A DNA stretch of 63,011 nt, counting the filler, from Stramenopiles sp. TOSAG23-2 (lineage: Eukaryota): NCBI GenBank assembly GCA_900128395.1. It is 11 parts of 11 records of this genome, joined end to end, with 100 filler letters (N's around TTAATTAATTAA, not from the genome) between each part and the next. Parts side by side here need not be neighbours in the genome. Positions count along the whole stretch, not along the records: positions 43,229 to 49,293 come from LT650528.1; positions 49,394 to 55,457 come from LT650529.1; positions 55,558 to 61,620 come from LT650530.1; 8 more parts are not named here. One strand, given 5' to 3'. The translations under genes and the position numbers were made by a program. The first letter of the stretch is position 1, and every line of letters begins with the position of its first letter. This document shows positions 47,723 through 56,284 of the stretch, piece after piece. The notes under the pieces are model-generated. The model saw only the letters and a program-made list of their open reading frames with translations. It made no database searches and was not told the origin of the DNA.

Positions 47723-49293
47723 ATGGCAACAACAAATACTCCCCAGAAGACAAAAAATAAAGTAAGCGAAGGTGTTCAACCTACTCCAGTAGATAAGTTC
47801 AATTTCAATTTACCAGGAACGCCTGGATACATAAAACCTAGTGATACTTCAATCACAACGACTACTACGACTATTATTACAACCACTCAGAAAAATCCAG
47901 TCGCACCACCTATAAATACAAATAATGCAAATATTACACGTGACGCCGCTTCTAATAAGAAAGTGCCACGACCGAATCAAGCAAAAAAAAGCATGAATAA
48001 AAAGAAAATTGTTCCTGCTTCCCAAGTCAACAAGGTTAAAACGGGAAAACACAAAGGTCACTCGTCGAAAAGAGAACGAGAAAGTGAAAATAAATTAGAT
48101 GATACGCCTATCAAGACACATAATATATTTTTTTTTGGAGCAATAATGCTAAATTTCATATTAGTCATTATATGTTTAAGCTTCATCAATTCAACTAATA
48201 ACGCCACTAAAGAACTGTTAAGTGCATTATTACAAAATGATAATACCTCCAACCGTAGTTTCTCATTTATTTGTCCAGGAAATAAATCTTTACAAAGTAT
48301 ACATAGCGATGGTACATTTATTTGCAATGATGAAGTGCATGCTTTAGATGGAACTGCTACTAGCTCTACTATTGTTTATAATAATATATATCATAATAAT
48401 ACTAGTCAAAGTTCTACAAATTCAGGTGGCAGTGACGATGTTTCTTTGCAAACATGTCCAAATACAAATTATTATGTGACAGGATTTTTTACCAATAATT
48501 ATACAATACAATGTTCAAAACTAGAAATACCAGAAGTTTCGGAAAGCTTTCCGAATATGACAGTATCGGTTTGTCCAAGTAATAAATACATGAAAGGAGT
48601 ATTTGTAGAAAATAGCTCAGTTTACTGCGAGACGCTACCTACCGCTGAAGAAAGCTTCCCGAATATGATAGTATCGGTTTGTCCAAGTAATAAATACATG
48701 AAAGGAGTATTTGTAGAAAATAGCTCAGTTTACTGCGAGACACTACCTGTCGCTGAGAAAGGTGACAAGGGCGATAAAGGCGATACTGGTGATACGGGTA
48801 AGTTAACAACTTCAATTATTATTTCTATATATATATAATTTTCTCTTACTCATATATTATATAAATTTCTTATATATATATATGTGTGTGTGTGTGTATG
48901 TGTAACAAATAGCTAACTCATTTTATCTCATTCTATGATACAGGTCCGGCTGGGTAAGTTTATGACTCCAATAATCATTGCACATATATAAATAAAATCT
49001 AACTTATATTAACATGTATTAAAATTATAGGTCCTCAATGGGCTCCTTAGCGGAAGGTGCAAATTTAGAATTGAATACAGTGACTGCTAATAGTGGATCA
49101 AGCGGAAATGTAAACATTCAGTCTGGAACCTCTATTGGTGGCAAGGGAGGTGATATTACAATCAAAGTTGGTGATGGTGATACATTAGATGGTGGGCATA
49201 TATCTATAGTTGCAGGTAAAACCGATGGTGATGTAGAAACAGGTGCTACTGGAGGTTCCATATCTATTCGAAGTGGATTTAGTACAGAAAGTA
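47723..49293 (+). CDS. Type II membrane fibre-like protein (TM, Cys repeats, short collagen, Gly-rich repeats); exons 47723-48797, 48944-48953, 49031-contig end
   Basis: One TM helix, CP..KY..G.......C repeats, GDKGDKGDTGDTG-GPAG and GG.I.I..G repeats. Canonical GTAAG donors, CTAAC branch points and YAG acceptors join the frames. Confidence 0.75.
48542..48757. repeat. 108-bp (36-aa) intragenic tandem duplication
   Basis: ESFPNM.VSVCPSNKYMKGVFVENSSVYCETLP.AE occurs twice with near-identical DNA. Confidence 0.9.
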
Positions 49294-49393
49294 NNNNNNN
49301 NNNNNNNNNNNNNNNNNNNNNNNNNNNNNNNNNNNNNTTAATTAATTAANNNNNNNNNNNNNNNNNNNNNNNNNNNNNNNNNNNNNNNNNNNN

Positions 49394-49702
49394 CAGCGTT
49401 CTATGGATACATTTTTGGGAGCGCCTTGGAATATTGCGAGTTATTCACTACTGTTGTATATAATTGCAGAAAAGTGTGGGTTTATTCCTAAAGATCTAGT
49501 AATATCAACTGGGGATACGCATATATACAGTAACCACACCGACCAGGTAAAGGAGCAATTATCTCGAGCTCCTAGACCATTTCCAAAGTTGATTTTGGAT
49601 TCTAGTATAAAGACCAAGGAATTTAGCGAGATAACTGTCGACGATTTCGAGTTGTTGGGGTATTTCCCTCATTCTACGATATCGGCAAAAATGGCGGTAT
49701 AA
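49394..49702 (+). CDS. Thymidylate synthase C-terminal part (viral DHFR-TS)
   Basis: QRSMDTFLGAPWNIASYSLL...GDTHIYSNH...QLSR.PRPFP...ISAKMAV. Confidence 0.93.
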   Translation, partial: QRSMDTFLGAPWNIASYSLLLYIIAEKCGFIPKDLVISTGDTHIYSNHTDQVKEQLSRAPRPFPKLILDSSIKTKEFSEITVDDFELLGYFPHSTISAKMAV

Positions 49703-49736
49703 TAAACGTAAACTTTTTATACAGGTATAAATTATA

Positions 49737-50027
49737 ATGGCAATTCAAAACGACGATGCGTATGTGACTGGGCAAAATGTGTCAATTACTGGGGTGTACA
49801 TGACTCTAGGGTGTCACCGTGTTTTGCTTACAAAGGATGGAGCTAATTACAATCTGAATGGTATTTGTTGTATTTACAAGGACGCTTCAGCGTATACTAA
49901 TGGGTTTGCACCTTTGGGAGATTTTAGGGTAAATGTTACGTTGGGTGCTGGTGATTTGGCTGGTAATTTGTATACAGCTCTTTATGACGAGCTCAAGGTA
50001 ACGTATACGAATACGACTGATGTGTAG
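49737..50027 (+). CDS. Small viral hypothetical protein, possibly virion- or fibre-associated
   Basis: 96-aa ATG ORF that fills the gap between TS and the capping gene; beta-rich, ending NLYTALYDELK..YTNTTDV like small virus proteins (recalled). Confidence 0.7.
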   Translation: MAIQNDDAYVTGQNVSITGVYMTLGCHRVLLTKDGANYNLNGICCIYKDASAYTNGFAPLGDFRVNVTLGAGDLAGNLYTALYDELKVTYTNTTDV

Positions 50028-50032
50028 AGTAA

Positions 50033-50040
50033 AAAATTGA
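50033..50040 (+). promoter_or_regulatory. AAAATTGA mimivirus-type early promoter motif
   Basis: Exact octamer 30 nt upstream of the capping-enzyme ATG. Confidence 0.8.
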
Positions 50041-50070
50041 TTTTAAATTGTTGTACGTGTAAATACAGAA

Positions 50071-52974
50071 ATGGTGTTATTTACAAGTGATCAGATAAAG
50101 GTAATTGAAGAGTGGAATTCGTCAGAGGATCCGTCTTTGGAGTGTGAGATACGGTTTGGTAGTTATTTGCGTAATTTTGAAACGTGCATGTCTGCGGATA
50201 CATATTATCGTGTTAAAAAACAGTTGGAAAAGTTTTTTAAACCATGTGTGTCAAAGTACATTGAAAAGAGGCAAGGTGATGTGCGGGAACGTACATTGTC
50301 ATCAAATGAAATAGAGTGTATTAAAAAGACTAGTGTGGTAAAGGGTGACAATAAGGAATTCAACTTTAGGGTTGCTATATCTAGGGAAGAACCTAGTAAA
50401 GAACTCGTGGGTGGTAATTGTGAGTCTATTGAAAAGGTTCGTTATTCTTATACGGACAATAGTATAAGATATGATTTGACAGAGTTCAAGGACGCATCTA
50501 ATACTATATTTAGGATTGAAACAGAGTTGATTGGCAAAGTAGATATTGGGTGGTTAAATGAGCGTATAGTATTCATTCTTCAAACTATTCAGGACAATTG
50601 GTTTATTACGACGGAAAGTGATAAACGTTGGGTTTTGACCAAGTACAAGGACTTGGTGAGTTGCAATTATTTTATAGGTGCGCAACCAGAGTCTTTGACC
50701 AAGGACAATATTAAAAGGTTGTCTAGTGAGGATTATTCGGTGACTGCCAAGATTGATGGTGATAGGTATCTACTGTGTGTGTTTGATAAAAAGTTGTACT
50801 TGTTGGACAATAATTTGAACAATGTAAAGTGGACTGGTATAATTGCTGAATTTGAAGATTGCATATTTGATGGAGAATTGGTGTATTCAGATGCGTTTAC
50901 GTTTCATATTTTTGATACGATAGTGTTCAAGGGCAAGGATATTCGTGGTAATGTTGAATACAATTTGTCAAAGCGTTTGGATTGTGTGGACGAGTTTTTG
51001 AGATGTGATACATCTGGGAATGGTTTGTATAATATAGTTGGAAAGGTGTTTATATTCAAGACGTTATCATTGGGTATTGAACAAATTATGTCAAATACCC
51101 CTGGTACGTTGGAGGGTTTGATTTTCACTCCAATAAACGATCCTTATCCATTAAAGAAGAAATGGCAAAAGTTGTTGAAATGGAAGGATATATCGGATAC
51201 TACTATTGATTTTTGGAGTGTAAAGGACAAAGGTACAAACAAGTGGAAGTTGTATGTTCAGGGTCACATCGGGGATTCAAAGACTACTACAAAGGTTCTG
51301 TTTGATGTATCAAAGTTGTGTTTTGGAGAGTCTAGTGACACGGTAACATTCGAGACAGAGTTTGAGGATCCTGGGTATCATACGAATACTGTGATAGAGT
51401 ACAAGTTTGACGAGGTGTTGCAGAGATTTATGCCTATTCGCACGAGGTGGGACAAGACTCACAATACGTTGAAGCATGGTAATTATTACAAGGTGGCTTG
51501 TGATATTTGGAAATATATTCAATCACCGATTACGATGAGTACATTACTAAAGCAAAGGGGTAATCAAACATACAAGTCTTCGGATGAGGTACAATTCTTT
51601 GTGAGTATGCGTCGTTTTCATAATCAAGTCAAGCAAGAAATGTACAACAAGTATACAAACAAATCATCAAGTTTGTTGGAATTGTGTAGTGGTCGTGGTG
51701 GGGACCTCAAGAAGTGGATGTATAATAGGATTGATCAGGTGCATGGTGTGGATATAGATATTAAATCTATTAAAGAGTGTAAACAACGGTACAATTCAGA
51801 ACTTGAAAAGGTACATTCTGGGTCAAAAAAGTACAAGTTTGTTCAGATGGATATAACCAAGGATTTCAAGACGATAAAGCCAATATATTCGAATATTTTC
51901 TGTAATTTTGGTATTCATTATTTGTTCAAGAGTAAGCCTCAATTTAAAGAGTTGGTAATGTATTTGTCAAAGCATCTAGAGACTAATGGTGTGTTTGCGT
52001 GTACATTGGTTGATTCGGATTGGGTATCAAAGAGACCGTTTGGGATGTATTCATCAAATCGAGAAATAACGAGTTATTACAATTACAACAAGGATTCGTC
52101 TTTAAAGGTGTATACAACTGGTCATAATTATTTGTCATTTAATAATGATGAAGTGGTGATTGATATAAAGTACATTCTAGATGTGTTTGTGTCTCTGGGT
52201 TTTAAGGTAGTTGAAAATGAATCTTTTGAGGATCTTTACAACACTCAGGACAAGTATAATTTGGAGGATTATGAAAAGTCAATGTCTTTTATGTATAGAA
52301 AGTTGGTGTTTAAAAAGGTAGAGTCTGTGGATGTTGTAAAGGATGAATTCCAAGTACCTGTGATTCCTTGTGTGGCGGATCCTACGATCAATCTAAAAAG
52401 TTCTAATGTGTCATTGCTCAAGGTGGATTCTTGGTATTCGTTGGTGGATTATATCAATTATAATAAAATGTGTTATAATCCATTAACTCAAAGGGACGAG
52501 TTTGACTTGTCTCAATTGACGAAGCATAATGTGATATTTTTGGATGAATTGGAATATGGTCAGGGAAATGGTGGTTTGTCTTGCAAGGAAAAAACACAAA
52601 GTCAAAAGGCGAATTGTAAAAATACTATAGTGATTGGTAAGAATATAAAGTTTGTGGATCCAGATAATTCTTATACGAATTACTATCTAGTGCTCTATTC
52701 TGGCAAGATTATTCACAAGAATGTGGATTTTGTAAACGATATAGTGATTGACCAAGCACCTCAGGACGCACCTCAGGACGCACCTCGGGACGCACCTCAG
52801 GACGCACCTCAAGACGCACCTCAAGACGCACCTCAAGACACACCAACACAAAAGTTGTGTAAGTTAAAGGTGTCTGAATTAAAGGATCTTTTGAGGGAGC
52901 GTAAATTAAAGACAAGTGGGAAACGCGAGGAATTGATACAGCGTTTGATAATGTACTGTCGACCAGAAAAATAA
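50071..52974 (+). CDS. Trifunctional mRNA capping enzyme (triphosphatase, guanylyltransferase, guanine-N7 methyltransferase) with a C-terminal SAP domain
   Basis: ECEIRFG (tunnel triphosphatase). GTase motifs KIDG, FDGE, FHIFD, EGLIF and KWK, then an OB fold. MTase block MRRFHN...LELCSGRGGDLKKW...GVDID. SAP domain KLKVSELKDLLRERKLKTSGKREELIQRL. Confidence 0.93.
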   Translation: MVLFTSDQIKVIEEWNSSEDPSLECEIRFGSYLRNFETCMSADTYYRVKKQLEKFFKPCVSKYIEKRQGDVRERTLSSNEIECIKKTSVVKGDNKEFNFRVAISREEPSKELVGGNCESIEKVRYSYTDNSIRYDLTEFKDASNTIFRIETELIGKVDIGWLNERIVFILQTIQDNWFITTESDKRWVLTKYKDLVSCNYFIGAQPESLTKDNIKRLSSEDYSVTAKIDGDRYLLCVFDKKLYLLDNNLNNVKWTGIIAEFEDCIFDGELVYSDAFTFHIFDTIVFKGKDIRGNVEYNLSKRLDCVDEFLRCDTSGNGLYNIVGKVFIFKTLSLGIEQIMSNTPGTLEGLIFTPINDPYPLKKKWQKLLKWKDISDTTIDFWSVKDKGTNKWKLYVQGHIGDSKTTTKVLFDVSKLCFGESSDTVTFETEFEDPGYHTNTVIEYKFDEVLQRFMPIRTRWDKTHNTLKHGNYYKVACDIWKYIQSPITMSTLLKQRGNQTYKSSDEVQFFVSMRRFHNQVKQEMYNKYTNKSSSLLELCSGRGGDLKKWMYNRIDQVHGVDIDIKSIKECKQRYNSELEKVHSGSKKYKFVQMDITKDFKTIKPIYSNIFCNFGIHYLFKSKPQFKELVMYLSKHLETNGVFACTLVDSDWVSKRPFGMYSSNREITSYYNYNKDSSLKVYTTGHNYLSFNNDEVVIDIKYILDVFVSLGFKVVENESFEDLYNTQDKYNLEDYEKSMSFMYRKLVFKKVESVDVVKDEFQVPVIPCVADPTINLKSSNVSLLKVDSWYSLVDYINYNKMCYNPLTQRDEFDLSQLTKHNVIFLDELEYGQGNGGLSCKEKTQSQKANCKNTIVIGKNIKFVDPDNSYTNYYLVLYSGKIIHKNVDFVNDIVIDQAPQDAPQDAPRDAPQDAPQDAPQDAPQDTPTQKLCKLKVSELKDLLRERKLKTSGKREELIQRLIMYCRPEK
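52756..52839. repeat. Seven copies of a 12-bp coding repeat (APQD)
   Basis: GCACCTCARGAC x7; one unit reads APRD. Confidence 0.95.
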
Positions 52975-53081
52975 TCTTGCTTGAGAATCGAGAGAAGAAT
53001 TTGCCTCAATGGTCTAGGAACTACAGTAAAAGCCAAAAAATAAGCCCGTACAATTGTGCGGGTTTTTTGACGTTGGTGTAG

Positions 53082-53090
53082 CAAATTGAA
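53082..53090 (+). promoter_or_regulatory. Variant early promoter (CAAATTGAA)
   Basis: One mismatch to AAAATTGA, ~23 nt upstream of ATG 53113. Confidence 0.55.
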
Positions 53091-53112
53091 AAATAAAAGG
53101 CATACTATTGGT

Positions 53113-54225
53113 ATGGAGTACAAGCTCAATGACGATACCAATTTTAATTGGAAGAGTGATTACAAGGTGTGTGAGAGTGACATGTCACAAAGTGAAGAAC
53201 GGTTGATAGAGATCAAGAACAAGATTGATATAATTTCTCCCGACATTTGGAAAAAGATTCGTTGGTATATTAATCATTATGATTTTATTGTCAAGGATCC
53301 GATTATTAACCGTGCTTTTTTCAAGTATTATGAAATGGTGTCTCATTTTAATTTGTTGGAGAATGTGGATACGGTGTTGCATTTGGCAGAGGCACCGGGT
53401 GGTTTTATTCAGGGTACGAATGTGTTTTGTAAAAAGAAACAAAAGCGCAAGAGTGTTGTTGGGGTGGATGGTTTTACATCATCTGTAATCGTTCCTGGGG
53501 TGGAGCCCGAGATTTATACAATGTCTTTGGATAGGTATCATCCGAAATATTTGAAATACAATTTGCCATCATACAATGAGCAAGTGTTAAAGAAGAATGT
53601 GCATGTGTTGTATGGCAAGGATAATACTGGAGATATAAGTAATATTGAGAATTTCATGTTTCTCAAGAGTTATATAAACAAGAAATTGGATTTTATAACG
53701 GCAGATGGGGGTTTTGACGAGGGGGATGATTTCAACAACAAGGAAGCTCTTCATTACAAGTTGATATTTTATTCAATCTATTATGCGCTTCATTTTCAAA
53801 AGGAATCTGGTTCATTTGTATTAAAGGTATTTGATATATTTACGAATGTGACAAGAGAGATGATAATGTTACTAAATGAGCATTATACAGAGGTGTACAT
53901 TTATAAACCACTAACAAGTAGACCCACTAATTCGGAAAAGTATATAGTATGTAAAGGGTTTAAGGGAGTATCAAACGAGACTCTTGATCGTTTGGACACT
54001 TTGAGAGAAACGTGGAATTTCAGAGATAATATTTCATTTTGTGACGTTTCTCTAGACGATCTTTCAAAGGTGTCTATAAATATTGTATCGAGACAATGTG
54101 ATTATTTGACTAGGGCACTTTCGGTAACAAGTGACCAATACGCGTCGACACTTGTAGGTATTAAAAAGATAAAGGTTGACAAGTATTTTGAATGGTGTAA
54201 AAAGTATAATTTCAAGTACAGGTAA
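53113..54225 (+). CDS. FtsJ/RrmJ-fold cap 2'-O-ribose methyltransferase (CMTR1/2-like)
   Basis: K-D-K-E tetrad in NRAFFK, TADGGFD, FVLKVFD and KPLTSRPTNSEKY; SAM motif HLAEAPGGF. Confidence 0.9.
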   Translation: MEYKLNDDTNFNWKSDYKVCESDMSQSEERLIEIKNKIDIISPDIWKKIRWYINHYDFIVKDPIINRAFFKYYEMVSHFNLLENVDTVLHLAEAPGGFIQGTNVFCKKKQKRKSVVGVDGFTSSVIVPGVEPEIYTMSLDRYHPKYLKYNLPSYNEQVLKKNVHVLYGKDNTGDISNIENFMFLKSYINKKLDFITADGGFDEGDDFNNKEALHYKLIFYSIYYALHFQKESGSFVLKVFDIFTNVTREMIMLLNEHYTEVYIYKPLTSRPTNSEKYIVCKGFKGVSNETLDRLDTLRETWNFRDNISFCDVSLDDLSKVSINIVSRQCDYLTRALSVTSDQYASTLVGIKKIKVDKYFEWCKKYNFKYR

Positions 54226-54740
54226 ATTCAAAGGTACATTTCCAATCTAGTTTTGTATTCAACGTAATTGTAAAGTCATCAATCGATATTGGTTGTTTGA
54301 AAGTAAATTTAGGTCCTTTTGTAGATACCATTTCTGCAAAAGTCCACCCAGGAACGTGGAATTCATAAAACGAGTTGTACGTATTTATTTGTTTATTCAA
54401 CGTGATGCTTATCAGTTGAGAAACGTTTAGTTTGTGGCATCCTTCGCTAATGTATTTTTCGCCACCATTGTATTCTTTTTGTGTGTATCCCAATAGTTTG
54501 TGTATATCGGATGTAAATCTAACATTAAATACTATATTATGTTTTTTGTCAGTGTATTGTATCATGGTTTTTTGAGTTACGCAATCTATGGAAAAGTGTA
54601 TTTGATTGACATTTGTCAAGTTATTGATACCATTTACAAGTGACGTACGACCATAATATCCCGGTTTAATGACGTATTTTTGGTTGTTGATTTCAAACTT
54701 GTTATTAGTTTCGTTAACATTACACAAGTCATTAAAAAAG
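54212..54740 (-). CDS. Putative minor capsid/penton-like protein, 5'-truncated at the junction
   Basis: NVNETNNKF...IKPGYY...L...IN...HKLLGY...YISE...W..TFEF pattern recalled from NCLDV/polinton single-jelly-roll proteins. The ORF-track start lies inside TS sequence. Confidence 0.5.
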
Positions 54741-55455
54741 GTGAATAACTCGCAATATTCCAAGGCGCTCCCAAAAATGTATCCATAGAACGCTGATACA
54801 AATGCCCAGACAAATACGTCCTTGAATCCTCACCCACTTCTGTATAAAACTGAAACGAAACATGACATGGAACCAACGCAGTCTTGTCCAACACACTCGG
54901 ATTCCAATAATTCATATAAATACGTCTACTAGTAGGATCAGTTTTAAGCAAATTCAATACATACTCAATCTGATCAAAACCACCCGTTGGTGTACCATTA
55001 GATGTATCAGAATATTCCACAGAATAAGGCGCATTATAAAAACGCATTGACCACCCATAACCTGGACCCAATGTACCCTCTGGATAATCATACAAACCAC
55101 GCTCGTCCAAAAACTCCCTAGATGTATTACCATTCCATATTTTAACATTACGCTTCTTTAATATATTAGCATCAGTATCACCACGCAAAAACCACAACAG
55201 TTCCTCCACCATACCTTTAAAAGGAACACGTTTCGTAGTAAGCAATGGAAAAGAATCAGTTATATTAAAACGCATTTGTTCCCCAAAAGTACTATACACA
55301 CCAGTTCCAGTTCTATCCTCGCGAAAACGCCCATCTTTCAAAACCTTTGATAACATATCCAAATACACATTCTCATCCGACTTGAAACCAGATACCTTTT
55401 TGTAATCCAAAAAATTATATCTCAAAGTACCACTTTCTAGTGTATACTTGTGACC
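54741..55455 (-). CDS. DHFR-thymidylate synthase, DHFR end plus TS N-terminal part
   Basis: Frame open to the contig end (GHKYTLESGTLRYNFLDY), then E..YL, DRTGTG, FPLLTTKRV, ELLWFLRG, SRR, catalytic ALVPCH and YQRSMD. Confidence 0.9.
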
Positions 55456-56284
55456 TCNNNNNNNNNNNNNNNNNNNNNNNNNNNNNNNNNNNNNNNNNNN
55501 NTTAATTAATTAANNNNNNNNNNNNNNNNNNNNNNNNNNNNNNNNNNNNNNNNNNNNTCATTTTTGATTTGAGATGTTAATAAACGGGAGTAAAAGAATT
55601 TTATATAACATATGAGTAAGAGAAAAACACATATATAATACATAATATTCACATTATATCATAGATGGTTTATCATATCATGTGATATTGGCTTAATTTA
55701 TTTTTTTGAGAGTATCATATATGATATGATACGAATCATCATGAGTACGAATGTTCGTAGAAAAAAACATACGAGAAGCGTAATTTATATTTTTTTTTTT
55801 AAATGTACTCCCCGATATAATATATATATTTACTCGTATGTTATAATATTAAAATGTACGAAATATGACTACGCGCATTTTAATTTTTATTGTTCCTCTC
55901 TACTCATAACAATTCCTACTCTCCAAAGAATACAGTGCTTGAGCCAATATTAATATATATCTTCTATCATACGAATATCTCGCTAAAATCGAAGTCAGAT
56001 GATACACCGTACTGTTGTAGAGAGTATATAAAAAATTCTCAGAGTATATTATATTTTAAATACGAGTAAAATATTTATTTATAAAGAGTGTAATATTAAA
56101 AAAAAATTTAAAAAATATGTGTCTGTAATTTTCGTTTTATTAGTTTTTATACGAAGTATATGAATAAGAGAATTTTTTAATATTTTTTTATATTAAAATA
56201 TTTTACGCGGATCAAATATTACACTGTTCGTATTTTCTCCCCCTGGTATTTTTAAAAACCTAAAATATATCCCGCTCGCGCTTC

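Larger units (their letters stand above)
49394..55457. other. Giant virus (Nucleocytoviricota) contig
   Basis: Gene-dense and intronless, with no poly-Asn or microsatellites. G/T-ending codon bias differs from the host contigs. Gene set is typical of NCLDVs, with an AAAATTGA motif. Confidence 0.9.

Noticed and set aside
49716-49731. Mimivirus-type polyadenylation hairpin after TS
   Set aside because: Only a 7-bp AT-rich stem with a 2-nt loop; too weak to call.
52756-52839. CRISPR-like array
   Set aside because: Contiguous 12-bp units with no spacers, in frame within a CDS.
54634-55425. ORF-track TS with a novel C-terminus, and the 183-aa ORF start at 54763
   Set aside because: Both read across the inversion junction at 54740/54741; the extra residues are out-of-frame sequence from the other gene.
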